Origin: a virus
Lineage: Duplodnaviria > Heunggongvirae > Uroviricota > Caudoviricetes
Reading direction: 5' to 3' (one strand)
Virus record (IMG/VR): IMGVR_UViG_3300020045_008999
Location: 384,001 to 448,000 of that record
Length of the DNA stretch: 64,000 bases
Numbering within the stretch: position 1 is the stretch's first letter; every line of letters starts with the position of its first letter. The notes beneath the pieces were generated by a model, which ran no database searches, was not told the DNA's origin, and saw only the letters and a program-made list of their open reading frames with translations. This document shows, piece by piece, positions 30,271-39,829 of this stretch. Both the position numbers and the translations under genes were made by a program.

Positions 30271-33200
30271 TGTGGAATAAGGATAAAGATTCAGGTAAGT
30301 GGTTAAGTGTTAACCAAAGTATTAATAAGGATATTTATGATGGGTACAAACAAGACCAGATAAAAGTTAGAATGTATTCCAAATGTCTTAGTGGTGCTGT
30401 TTATTTTCCGGCAAATGACATTAATAATTTATATACGATGAGCAAGTATCGCAATAAGTATAGTTGGTATTATGGGACCAATTCACCATATGCAATTCAA
30501 CAATTGCCCGCTCGCGAATTATCACTAATTGATCAGGGTACAATCAGTAATTATAAGTCATATACCCGAGATTATGGTATGACCGTTAAAAATTTATTCA
30601 CCCCGGGTAAATTAATTGATAGTAGCTTTTTAAACTTCTATAATGTCGATGTAGCAACTACCGAATACTCTGACATGCTTGCCTCTATGATAATTGACAA
30701 ATTGCAAAATTTAAATTTATACATCGATGGTGTTAGAATAGTTGAAGGACATACCATATTAATAAAAGATTTATACAGTATTGTGGCATTACCAAATTCG
30801 GTGAACCCAGAAACCTTTTTTAAGGGTAATTACTATATGGAAAGTGATTTTAATCCAAGTAGTGTGGATTATAAATATTTCAATGAATATAATGGCATAT
30901 ATAAATATAAAGATGGTTTTTTAGTTAATACTGATATTTTTGCGAATTATGATACCTCATTTAATTTATCCGTAGTTCCTAAAATGGGTGAGGTAAATAT
31001 TGGTAAACAATTCCACTTATCACGACTTCTTAATGGTATATTCCCAATTGAAAATGATCCAATTGAGTTTCAAGAGTCTAAGAATTGGATCATTAGAAAC
31101 ATTCTAGATTATAATAATATTTTCGATGTAGTGTTAAATGATGTAATTAGCACAAACTCGCAGAGTATCCCGAACAATGACATTATATACACAATCGAGC
31201 CTCGGATTATTAGCATAGGTGAATTTGGCACAATAATAAATACAGAACTTGTAAATGGTACGTACCGTTCACATTTAATTCACACAAAGTATCGTGAAAC
31301 CCTTAATTCTATTTATGAAACGAATAGGTATTATTGGACATGTGGGAAAGTTGGTACTTTGATAAAAATTGATAAACTTACATTTGATATAGAAAGTATT
31401 GACCTTGGCATATCGACGGATCTCAACAAAGTACATTTTTATAATGCACTTAATGGTGTGGTGGTAGGCGATTTTGGAACAGTATTCATCACAAATGATG
31501 GTGGTGTGACTTGGTCTGGTATAAAATACGAGCAACTTGACGATTTTATGTTTCTAGATGTGGTTTTCCATAAATTAAATCAAATATTCATCACCGGTGC
31601 TGTTGGAACTTTCGTCGAACTTAATATATCGAATGGGATTTGGAAGCCTTGGGTTAAAAAACTAATAACAACTATAGATTATTATGATGAACATTTATTA
31701 TATGGTGATGTGACTTGTATAAAATATGTCAATTCACCAATTAATATCCACAGCCAAGAATCAAATACTACTTACACAATTTCTGAATATTTTTTAATGG
31801 GGACCAGTGATGGTCAGCTGATCATAAAGACCCTACTGGATGATAGTGAATTTATTTTCTTAAAATTAGAGAACGTAAAAAATATACGCGGATTAGCGGA
31901 TACACAAACACCGGTAAGCCTATTTATAATAACAGACACGGTTATATCTTTAGAATTAACTGATGTTGTATTAACGATTGGTGGAAATTATAGTGCATAT
32001 AAATTACAATCTGATTTAACATTAGTATTAGATAAGTATATTAATGCAATCACCATAGATTCCAACTACGTGATTAGTTGTGGCAATGTTTCCGGTATTT
32101 ATCGAAATTTGAACAATGGTACGGACACTACGGCCCTATTAATTGATGGAAGTTATGGACAATATGATAAATCGAAGCTACTTTTTCTAGACTATGGCAT
32201 ATCATCTAAACTTAATTTCTTTACTGATAGTGGTGAGTATGTTTTGCCTACTAATGTGGTAGTGCAAGGGCCAATCGAAAAGATGCGCTTGGTGAACATT
32301 GACGGTGAACAATCTTGGTTTAACTACCATAGTGATGTTGAAAAGGACGTTAAGTTTTATTCACCAATAAGTGATTCTAATATCGTTAAATACTCATCGT
32401 TGTTTGATAAGGTCATTGGTACTTATCCGTTAGATACAATAATATCATATACAAATGATGCAAATGTTGGTAATAATACGACTTGCTTAATTACTAATGA
32501 TATTTCTAAATTTTCTCAATTATTACCTAATTTGGAATCATCTGATAGCGGATTCAGTATATCAAATCCTAAATTAACACGCAACGCATCTGGTGTCTTC
32601 CCGGCTAGTGCACATGACTTGTTTAATGCGCATACATTTTGTATAATGCTTTATAAATATATTATGGTAGTTAAAATACCATCTGGTCCAAATAGTGTGG
32701 TTGGTGATGTATTTTACTTCGATAACCAGTATGTTTCCACGACACTGATATTAAATCGAATCCATACCCATAGCGGGTATGATTATTTATATTTCAATAC
32801 AAACTTCAACGAAAGTATGATCAATAGTATTGTAGTGAGTTATGACACAACATCGTTTACCAATTTAAATAAATTTTACACTAACATAGATTTGGTTGAT
32901 CGAATTTCGAAACATCCATTATCAATAGGTTACAATTTTATTATTCAAAGTGGTGGAATTAATATAGGTGCGCGTTTTAATAATAAAACCGCATACTATA
33001 ATATGCAGACTAAAATCGATTATATTAATGATCAGGGATCAGGTTCAATTGAGATATTATATTCCGATGCGTTTATTAAATTTGGATATTCACCTACTTA
33101 TAATGTATTAAACTATTTAAATAATATTGATAGTTCGGTATTTATTCCTGAGAAAATATTCACAGCAATGCCTTTGTATGAGTACATCCCACTCAATGCT

Positions 33201-35591
33201 AGTAATAGTTCGGATGCTGATAATATTTTTATTGATTTTGGGCGAGTGAAAACTAATACAATTTCATTTGGGCATAATTTAGAATTTGAATGGGATACAT
33301 TGTGGCTGCACACCTTTGTTGATATTGAATTGGTGTACACAAATTCCGTTAAATCAATTAGCGAGCGCATGTTAATTGTTAAAAAATATGAATTAGATGG
33401 TCGGTTTATCATAGAATTGGATAAAGCTTTGGTATATACCAATGGATCTTCTGATTTTGTTTCCGTCTCTATAAAAAGTAGAAATACACTGGAAATGATT
33501 AGTGATGACTTGCAGTTAATGAATAACATTCAGCGTTCATCGATGGTTAAACATATTGGAAGTTCGTATGTTACAAATATGGAAAATGATCTAAGTAGTA
33601 AATTCCCAACTGATTCATATGCGAAGATATTACTATCTGATTATGATATTAAAGATAGAGTAAGTGGGTTGATCTATGTAGATTATAACAGTAATTTGGC
33701 GTTCAATGTGATTAACGTTGAGCACAATACGGTATTGAAGATTAATAATGCCTATAACGTGGGGATCAATGTTGCATTTACCACTACTAAAAAACATGGT
33801 ATTAAGGTGGGGGATTATGTCATTATTTCTAAAAATAATGGATTTGTTGATGATTCTTGGTTGGGATTCGTCTCAATCACAGCAATTATTGACGAACACA
33901 CATTTGTTACTAATAAACAATGGGGAAGTCCAATTGGTTCTGGGTGTACGGCTGATGTTTACTTTGTTGAAAGTGATCCATTTTTGAATTATCAACCGGT
34001 TGATATTATGGAACTTGGCTTAGATGTTGCGCCTAAACAGGCAGTTGAATTGAAACCAAGAAATATGAAAATCACTGGGGATATTGTATCACTAGTTGGT
34101 GTTGATTATACGAAATTTAGATATACGTGTGTTGATGGGTTGAGTCTTGCTAAAATTGCTTCGGATTTTTCATGGATTCTCAATGCTGACATATCAAATG
34201 CTGTAATTGGACAAAATAGTTCTGGATTGGTTTGGTATTCTGGTAGGTGGAATGATGGTAGGTGGTTTGGTAGTGAGTGGATATCCGGCGAGTGGATATC
34301 CGGCGACTGGTATCAGGGTACGTGGAATTCACAACAAGTTCTAAATGATAACGTGAGTATTAATATTACCAAAATCCAAGACGTATTATCTTCTAAATGG
34401 TATTCGGGTCGATGGTTTGATGGAACGTGGAATGGTGGGTCGTGGTTTGGTGGTCGCCGTTATGGTGGGATATGGAATGGTGGGATATGGAATGGTGGGA
34501 TATGGAATGAGGGTACGTGGAATTCTGGATTATTTTCTGGTGGTATTTGGGTGGCAGGTATTTGGAATGGTGGTAGGTTTAATATGGATAGAAAACCGTC
34601 ATATTGGCTTAATGGTAAATGGCAGGGTGGTGATTTTGAAAGTGGTAGATGGTTTAATGGTGAATTTTCAGAAAAATCATCGAAATCGAGATTTGGAACA
34701 CTATCAACCAATACTAAGCAATCCTTATGGGATTCCGGAAGCTGGATTGGTGGTGAATTTCATTCGAATTTAACTACAACAGATGATGGGGTAACAATCC
34801 AATCAGATATACATCGCTTCAGTTATTGGAAAACTGGGACCTGGGGTGGTGGGAAATTTTATGGTGGAACGGCATATAATATTCGATTTAAATCTGGTGA
34901 TTGGTATGGCGGTGTTAGTGACGATCTAGAAATAGTAAACGCATCAGTGTTGATGGACAACATAAATGAAGTGATACCCAAAATACGAATAAATGGGGTA
35001 ATGCGATTTAATAGGGGTGATGAATTGTGTATAATGGGGAATTCAGTATCTTCGATTGGTACCACAGAAAATCCGCTAACATATACTGTGATTAGTTCGG
35101 AAACTGATGGCATTTCATATACAGATGTGTACGTAGTCTCAATGAATCTTATTTCTGAAAAATTCAAATCGAGTTTGTTACTTAAAATGATGGATTATAT
35201 TTTGCGTAAAGGTGGTAGCATCAATCCTTTAATAATGAGCGTTGTTATCCATAATAATGTAACACATGTTAATGAAACTGTTAATATGTCAATATATGAG
35301 TATTTAGAATTGTGTGTGGCCGAAGACATTGATATGGCAATAGATAACGATCCAGATTATATAAGTATTATTAATCCATTAATATTGGAATCTATTCGAT
35401 TACTATTAACATCCTCAGTGGGGGATATTGATATGGATAAAATGGACACCGGTATGAGGTTGGTAAGTAAATTCACTAACTCCAATTGGCATAGTGGTGT
35501 GTGGTACAATGGTGTATTTGAATCCGGTAGTTTTGATGGGGGTATTTGGTATGATGGTAAATTTACCGGCGAATGGGGAAAACAAATTTAA
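30270..35591 (+). CDS. Very large virion protein (BNR/YCF48-like propeller plus GxWxx pentapeptide repeats)
   Basis: VVGDFGTVFITNDGGVTW Asp-box; many G-x-W-x-x repeats. Confidence 0.7.
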   Translation: MWNKDKDSGKWLSVNQSINKDIYDGYKQDQIKVRMYSKCLSGAVYFPANDINNLYTMSKYRNKYSWYYGTNSPYAIQQLPARELSLIDQGTISNYKSYTRDYGMTVKNLFTPGKLIDSSFLNFYNVDVATTEYSDMLASMIIDKLQNLNLYIDGVRIVEGHTILIKDLYSIVALPNSVNPETFFKGNYYMESDFNPSSVDYKYFNEYNGIYKYKDGFLVNTDIFANYDTSFNLSVVPKMGEVNIGKQFHLSRLLNGIFPIENDPIEFQESKNWIIRNILDYNNIFDVVLNDVISTNSQSIPNNDIIYTIEPRIISIGEFGTIINTELVNGTYRSHLIHTKYRETLNSIYETNRYYWTCGKVGTLIKIDKLTFDIESIDLGISTDLNKVHFYNALNGVVVGDFGTVFITNDGGVTWSGIKYEQLDDFMFLDVVFHKLNQIFITGAVGTFVELNISNGIWKPWVKKLITTIDYYDEHLLYGDVTCIKYVNSPINIHSQESNTTYTISEYFLMGTSDGQLIIKTLLDDSEFIFLKLENVKNIRGLADTQTPVSLFIITDTVISLELTDVVLTIGGNYSAYKLQSDLTLVLDKYINAITIDSNYVISCGNVSGIYRNLNNGTDTTALLIDGSYGQYDKSKLLFLDYGISSKLNFFTDSGEYVLPTNVVVQGPIEKMRLVNIDGEQSWFNYHSDVEKDVKFYSPISDSNIVKYSSLFDKVIGTYPLDTIISYTNDANVGNNTTCLITNDISKFSQLLPNLESSDSGFSISNPKLTRNASGVFPASAHDLFNAHTFCIMLYKYIMVVKIPSGPNSVVGDVFYFDNQYVSTTLILNRIHTHSGYDYLYFNTNFNESMINSIVVSYDTTSFTNLNKFYTNIDLVDRISKHPLSIGYNFIIQSGGINIGARFNNKTAYYNMQTKIDYINDQGSGSIEILYSDAFIKFGYSPTYNVLNYLNNIDSSVFIPEKIFTAMPLYEYIPLNASNSSDADNIFIDFGRVKTNTISFGHNLEFEWDTLWLHTFVDIELVYTNSVKSISERMLIVKKYELDGRFIIELDKALVYTNGSSDFVSVSIKSRNTLEMISDDLQLMNNIQRSSMVKHIGSSYVTNMENDLSSKFPTDSYAKILLSDYDIKDRVSGLIYVDYNSNLAFNVINVEHNTVLKINNAYNVGINVAFTTTKKHGIKVGDYVIISKNNGFVDDSWLGFVSITAIIDEHTFVTNKQWGSPIGSGCTADVYFVESDPFLNYQPVDIMELGLDVAPKQAVELKPRNMKITGDIVSLVGVDYTKFRYTCVDGLSLAKIASDFSWILNADISNAVIGQNSSGLVWYSGRWNDGRWFGSEWISGEWISGDWYQGTWNSQQVLNDNVSINITKIQDVLSSKWYSGRWFDGTWNGGSWFGGRRYGGIWNGGIWNGGIWNEGTWNSGLFSGGIWVAGIWNGGRFNMDRKPSYWLNGKWQGGDFESGRWFNGEFSEKSSKSRFGTLSTNTKQSLWDSGSWIGGEFHSNLTTTDDGVTIQSDIHRFSYWKTGTWGGGKFYGGTAYNIRFKSGDWYGGVSDDLEIVNASVLMDNINEVIPKIRINGVMRFNRGDELCIMGNSVSSIGTTENPLTYTVISSETDGISYTDVYVVSMNLISEKFKSSLLLKMMDYILRKGGSINPLIMSVVIHNNVTHVNETVNMSIYEYLELCVAEDIDMAIDNDPDYISIINPLILESIRLLLTSSVGDIDMDKMDTGMRLVSKFTNSNWHSGVWYNGVFESGSFDGGIWYDGKFTGEWGKQI
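34230..34915 (+). repeat. In-frame GxWxx pentapeptide repeat region (15-bp period)
   Basis: ggtgggatatggaat tandem copies; GIWNG/GRWFD/GEWIS. Confidence 0.85.
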
Positions 35592-35594
35592 AAA

Positions 35595-37808
35595 ATGTAT
35601 ATAATAAATAAAGATTATTCAACTGGCGATATAAAAATCAGGGAAGACTTTGTCATTAATAAAATAGTTTCTGATTATTTGGTATTGCGATTTGGTAGAA
35701 GTGAGGAAATATTTGATATAGCTAAATTTAAATCATTTACTGCAATGTTTATTGGTATTCAGTCCAATATGGATGTGGTAGTCGAATATAGAATATCTCG
35801 CAATGGTGACACTTATGGCATATGGTTACCCATGATCAATGATACAATAGCAGAAGCCCCAAACCATTTGTTGTTTAGGATTGAAAATTTTCCATTGGTG
35901 AATGAAATAGATCGTTTTTATATTGATGTCAAAATTACGAAAAATCTTATAGATAAACCAATTGAATTAGTTAGCTATTCACTTAATGGGAAGATTGAAC
36001 GAAACTTACAATCCGGTGCCGATGAATTTTTAGTTATGCCGGGTGGTACCGCAGTTATAAAGCCGCCATATATATTTAAAATATTTAAATTGAGTGATGT
36101 TGAAATATTAGTAAATGGAAATCCTATAATCAAATATCGTTTTTCAAATGATAACGGTAGAACAGTTAGTGAATGGGAAATACTATCTAAAGAAAACATA
36201 AGTACTAAGAGAATAAATCCAATTAGGTTTTTTCAAATTGAATATCTTATAGAGAATGATACCAACTCACCGGTTCAAATTAATGATATTAATCTAATCG
36301 GTGATTTACAAAATGTAACATTAGATATCAAAACAAACCTTTATGGTATTCGAGAAGATTGTAATAGTTTAATGTTAAATATTGCGAATGGTATAAGTAT
36401 TGGTACTACGCAATCATCTGGGGATATGTCAGGGACTGTCCCTGGTAGTTCGGGTTTTTGTGCAAATGGTAGTGGCTTGGTTGCAATGAGTGCTGCTGAA
36501 CGGGCTAATTTATTCAACCCGTATCAACAAACACAAACTATTGATTTCCTAAACACAATAAGCAATGATGCGAATGCAATTTTCGGTCATGAAGTATTGT
36601 ATTTCATAACGGATGCCGATAGTAATGGGATTGACTATACATTTCATGAATACCAATTACTTAACTACGTTTGTAGCGAAACTATTAAAGTTTCAGTTGA
36701 TGGTAATAATTTCCCAGATAATCAAATATCTATAAATCAATTTGATTTATCATTATTTGAGTCATTTGAAATACACATCACTAAAGATGACTTCAAGGCT
36801 ATATTCGGTGTTGATAAGAGACCATCTAAAGAAGATTTCTTATGGTTCTGTACATTGAATAGAATGTTCCAAGTTGAACATGCACAAGCATTTCGCCAAT
36901 TTAATAATGCATCTATATATTATAAAGTGTTACTTAAAAAATATACACAAAAAGCAAATGTTGGTGCTGGGAACAAAAATATCGAAGATCGCGTACGAGA
37001 GCTTACTAGAAATTCGACAATTGATGAATTATTTGGTATGGAAATGGAAGATGATAAAGCAGCGGTGGCAAACAAAGAACAGTTTAATACTTTAACTAAA
37101 GATACACTAAGGTTAGAAACATCCGCTAGAATAATTAAAGAAATTGTGGAAAGTAGAACCAATGTGATTGCTAAAACATATTATGACTTGGCATATTCGA
37201 GACCGGGGGAAGAAGTAGTTAAATATCGTAATATGAAAAATGACTACCGAACATCTGATAATTTTGCTTTCTATTGCTGGTTTAACCTGGAAGAATATGC
37301 CATTAATGACGTACATAATTTGTTTAACTTTCATGATGGTTCATATGGATTTCGTGTTGATATTAAATCAAATGGTGTTGTGATTCAAATCAATTCGGAT
37401 GAATATAAACTGGACTTCGCAATACCTATCGGTACCTACACATATGACGATCTATCAGAGGATAAATGGGTTGCCTACTTGGTTAATGTGGATCAAAGGA
37501 ACCGCAATATTACGCAATATCTTTATAGAATGAGTGAAGTTAATAACCCATCATTGGAAATGGTGTATAGGGCCGCCAATGAGCTTATCGAGCAAGAATT
37601 TTACTTAGGTGATACTCAGGCAACTATTAGTGCATCTGATATAAAAATGACAAATATTACATTGTTCAATGATGTAATACCTGAAAGTATGCATATTAAA
37701 CTACTAAGTTCGCCAGTGATTAGAGACGATTCAAAGCACTTAGTTTTCACTGACAACGCGAATGCTACCTTAGTATTGCCAAATTATTCAATATCACAGG
37801 AAAAATAA
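35595..37808 (+). CDS. Neck/head-closure protein (central T4 gp14-like domain) with extra domains
   Basis: FGHEVLYF...FEIHITKDDF...RPSKEDFLWF...NRMFQV pattern. Confidence 0.55.
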   Translation: MYIINKDYSTGDIKIREDFVINKIVSDYLVLRFGRSEEIFDIAKFKSFTAMFIGIQSNMDVVVEYRISRNGDTYGIWLPMINDTIAEAPNHLLFRIENFPLVNEIDRFYIDVKITKNLIDKPIELVSYSLNGKIERNLQSGADEFLVMPGGTAVIKPPYIFKIFKLSDVEILVNGNPIIKYRFSNDNGRTVSEWEILSKENISTKRINPIRFFQIEYLIENDTNSPVQINDINLIGDLQNVTLDIKTNLYGIREDCNSLMLNIANGISIGTTQSSGDMSGTVPGSSGFCANGSGLVAMSAAERANLFNPYQQTQTIDFLNTISNDANAIFGHEVLYFITDADSNGIDYTFHEYQLLNYVCSETIKVSVDGNNFPDNQISINQFDLSLFESFEIHITKDDFKAIFGVDKRPSKEDFLWFCTLNRMFQVEHAQAFRQFNNASIYYKVLLKKYTQKANVGAGNKNIEDRVRELTRNSTIDELFGMEMEDDKAAVANKEQFNTLTKDTLRLETSARIIKEIVESRTNVIAKTYYDLAYSRPGEEVVKYRNMKNDYRTSDNFAFYCWFNLEEYAINDVHNLFNFHDGSYGFRVDIKSNGVVIQINSDEYKLDFAIPIGTYTYDDLSEDKWVAYLVNVDQRNRNITQYLYRMSEVNNPSLEMVYRAANELIEQEFYLGDTQATISASDIKMTNITLFNDVIPESMHIKLLSSPVIRDDSKHLVFTDNANATLVLPNYSISQEK
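37705..37777 (+). repeat. Direct repeat copy 1 (73 bp)
   Basis: 65/73 identical to 38267-38339. Confidence 0.9.
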
Positions 37809-38269
37809 TGAGTAAAGATATCAAAAAATTCGGAAAATTTATAAAAGAAACTGGTAGCGAAAAAATAAAAAGATCACTACTTAAAATATCCATGGTATAT
37901 TCAGCAAATTTCAATAAATCAACCACTGAATTAAACAATGGTTTGTGTGAAGATATTGCACATGATGTAATTGATGATATTGGTGGTGAATCTTACAACA
38001 CATTTATCATCGATGATGGATTTTTCTGGGATACTGATGTTGTTAGTGAATATACGACACGTAGTGGTGAATATTGGAATATTGATAATTTAAAAAAATA
38101 TGGTGATCCTCCTTTTGAATATCGGGATTTAGATAAGTTAGACTTGACTGGTCATGTTTGGATTTATCACAACGGTAAACACTATGATGTTGAAGCACTA
38201 GACGGGGTTGAAAATTTTTGGATGCTGCCTATCTATATCCGACAAATTGCGAAACTGAAATTATATTAA
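37808..38269 (+). CDS. Hypothetical protein with capsid-targeting-like N-terminus
   Basis: MSKDIKKFGKFIKE; NNGLCE...HVWI....HYD possible Cys-His-Asp triad. Confidence 0.7.
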   Translation: MSKDIKKFGKFIKETGSEKIKRSLLKISMVYSANFNKSTTELNNGLCEDIAHDVIDDIGGESYNTFIIDDGFFWDTDVVSEYTTRSGEYWNIDNLKKYGDPPFEYRDLDKLDLTGHVWIYHNGKHYDVEALDGVENFWMLPIYIRQIAKLKLY

Positions 38270-38339
38270 GTCCACCGGTGATTATAGACGATTCAAAGCA
38301 CTTAGTTTCCACAGACAACGCGAATGGGACCTTAGTATT
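38267..38339 (+). repeat. Direct repeat copy 2 (73 bp)
   Basis: Duplicate of neck-gene 3' region. Confidence 0.9.
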
Positions 38340-38540
38340 ACTTCTATATTTGATTTTAATCACCAAGAAGGAAAAATCAATGGTGGCGAAAGTGTCTGGT
38401 TAATTTCAGGATCGCCATCACCCAATAATATCGCGATACAGGGGTCATTGGTGCAGTTTGAAAACAATCCGGAAGAACAAGAATTGATGATATTAGATAC
38501 TACCAAAATACAAATATATAAAGTGACTAAATTAAAATAA
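38340..38540 (+). pseudogene. Start-less gene remnant (TSIFDFNHQEG...KVTKLK*)
   Basis: 66 open codons with protein-like composition beginning at the repeat boundary. Confidence 0.45.
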
Positions 38541-38647
38541 TATTCATTATTTTGTATATTACTTGACTAGTATCTGGTATTTTCATATATTTGTATTTTA
38601 TTATAGTTCAAATGGATTGAACGTCCTTAAAACTAAAAACAAATATT

Positions 38648-38905
38648 ATGAAAAACTTCTTTTACTTTATCGCCGGTGTGTGTTTTATCACACTAATTTC
38701 GGTAACTACCGTTTCAATTATGACAGTAAAACCTATGACCCCAAAGGTCACTATTGTTGAAGATTTTAGATCAATGTATGGATTGGAGAAAGAGATGAAG
38801 CACTTTATACAATCAAAAGTTAAAGAAGGATTCGTAGTAAAATCAATTGCTATTATGGATGATGAATCTACTAGCAAGGGAATTGTTGTTCTTGAAAAAT
38901 ACTAG
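38648..38905 (+). CDS. Small membrane-anchored protein
   Basis: N-terminal hydrophobic helix; TATATTTG at 38586-38593. Confidence 0.7.
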   Translation: MKNFFYFIAGVCFITLISVTTVSIMTVKPMTPKVTIVEDFRSMYGLEKEMKHFIQSKVKEGFVVKSIAIMDDESTSKGIVVLEKY

Positions 38906-38935
38906 ATACTATATTTACCATAAACGCATATTTCC

Positions 38936-38971
38936 AAAACCCCCAACATAATAATGTGTTGGGGGTTTTTT
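38936..38971. terminator. Bidirectional terminator closing the tRNA operon
   Basis: aaaacccccaacata...tgtgttgggggtttttt. Confidence 0.85.
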
Positions 38972-38972
38972 G

Positions 38973-39045
38973 AGCCAAATATCGGACTCGAGCCGATAAT
39001 CTTGTTGTTACAAATAACATGCTTCACCAATTAAGCTAATTCGGC
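38973..39045 (-). tRNA. tRNA-Thr(TGT)
   Basis: Cloverleaf; loop TT-TGT-AA; atypical T-loop CTCGAGT; A-C mismatch in anticodon stem. Confidence 0.8.
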
Positions 39046-39053
39046 AATTATTG

Positions 39054-39137
39054 AGCGCATAGACGGATTCGAACCGCCGTTGTACATATGTAACATCGTT
39101 TGCGGCGATGTGCCTTCGACCACTTAGCTATATGCGC
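39054..39137 (-). tRNA. tRNA-Cys(GCA), long variable arm
   Basis: GCGCATA/TATGCGC acceptor, U73, loop CC-GCA-AA, 15-nt variable region. Confidence 0.8.
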
Positions 39138-39146
39138 TTATTTTAG

Positions 39147-39219
39147 CGGGGACACTTGGCTACGATCCAAGTACCTACGGATTAACAGTCCGTTGCTCTA
39201 CCAATTGAGCTATATCCCC
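39147..39219 (-). tRNA. tRNA-Asn(GTT)
   Basis: ACGGA-CTGTTAA-TCCGT; G73; atypical T-loop ATCGTAG. Confidence 0.88.
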
Positions 39220-39225
39220 ATTTTG

Positions 39226-39298
39226 ATTCCCGACCTAGATTCGAACTAGGACTCAACACTTTAGAAAAATGTGGCTTTTCCAATTAAGCTACCGGGAA
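39226..39298 (-). tRNA. tRNA-Arg(TCT)
   Basis: ACATT-TTTCTAA-AGTGT; TTCGAAT T-loop. Confidence 0.88.
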
Positions 39299-39308
39299 AT
39301 CTTATTTG

Positions 39309-39389
39309 TACCGAGGGTGGGGATCGAACCCACACGCCTTTCGGCACCAGATCCTAAGTCTGGCGTGGCTACCATTACACCACCTCGGC
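39309..39389 (-). tRNA. tRNA-Leu(TAG)
   Basis: CCAGA-CTTAGGA-TCTGG; variable arm GCC-GAAA-GGC. Confidence 0.93.
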
Positions 39390-39395
39390 ATTTTG

Positions 39396-39469
39396 TTGTT
39401 TATGATGGACTCGAACCATCGACCACCGCAGTATCAGTGCGAGACTCTAACCAACTGAGCTAATAAACA
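39396..39469 (-). tRNA. tRNA-Ile(GAT)
   Basis: TCGCA-CTGATAC-TGCGG; TTCGAGT T-loop. Confidence 0.9.
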
Positions 39470-39479
39470 ATTTATTTTG

Positions 39480-39564
39480 TACCGAGAAAGGGGATTGAAC
39501 CCTCACGAGCATTACTGCTCACTGGATTTTAAGTCCAGCGTGTCTACCATTTCACCACCTCGGC
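39480..39564 (-). tRNA. tRNA-Leu(TAA)
   Basis: CTGGA-CTTAAAA-TCCAG; variable arm GAGCA-GTAA-TGCTC. Confidence 0.93.
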
Positions 39565-39569
39565 ATTTG

Positions 39570-39644
39570 TTGTCCATGCTGGATTCAAACCAGCGACCTA
39601 ATCGGTGTAAACGAATTGCTCTAAATCAACTGAGCTAATGGACA
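39570..39644 (-). tRNA. tRNA-Val(TAC)
   Basis: TGTCCAT/ATGGACA acceptor; loop TT-TAC-AC; T-loop TTTGAAT. Confidence 0.85.
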
Positions 39645-39646
39645 AT

Positions 39647-39675
39647 AAAAAAACCCCTAAACTTTCGATTAGGGG
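39647..39675 (-). terminator. Attenuator terminator directly upstream of first tRNA
   Basis: CCCCTAA-tcgaaagt-TTAGGGG-TTTTTTT ending 2 nt before tRNA-Val. Confidence 0.85.
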
Positions 39676-39735
39676 ATTTTGGTTATTATTTAATTTATGA
39701 TTTCAACTCACGAACTATACAACAATGCCTCCCCC
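39671..39735 (-). promoter_or_regulatory. Putative antiterminator hairpin
   Basis: Nested pairs GGGGGA/UCCCCU, AUUGUU/AAUAAU, UAGUU/AAUUA, GUGA/UCAU; sequesters the terminator 5' arm. Confidence 0.65.
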
Positions 39736-39822
39736 ATAACAAGTCAGTCTAATACATAAAGTATTATTCACGACAGTTAGTGTGTTAAGGTTATTAATTG
39801 TATTTAAGTTCATTGTTTTCAT
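39715..39822 (-). CDS. tRNA-operon leader peptide MKTMNLNTINNLNTLTVVNNTLCIRLTCYGGGIVV
   Basis: Hand translation; 28/35 codons specify amino acids of the downstream tRNAs; ATG 7 nt from promoter motif. Confidence 0.8.
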   Translation of the reverse strand: MKTMNLNTINNLNTLTVVNNTLCIRLTCYGGGIVV

Positions 39823-39829
39823 CTTATAG

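Noticed and set aside
37705-38339. Diversity-generating retroelement TR/VR pair
   Set aside because: The 8 mismatches are not adenine-specific and no reverse transcriptase is in the window.
39269-39463. 64-aa ORF from the track
   Set aside because: Antisense shadow of tRNA genes.
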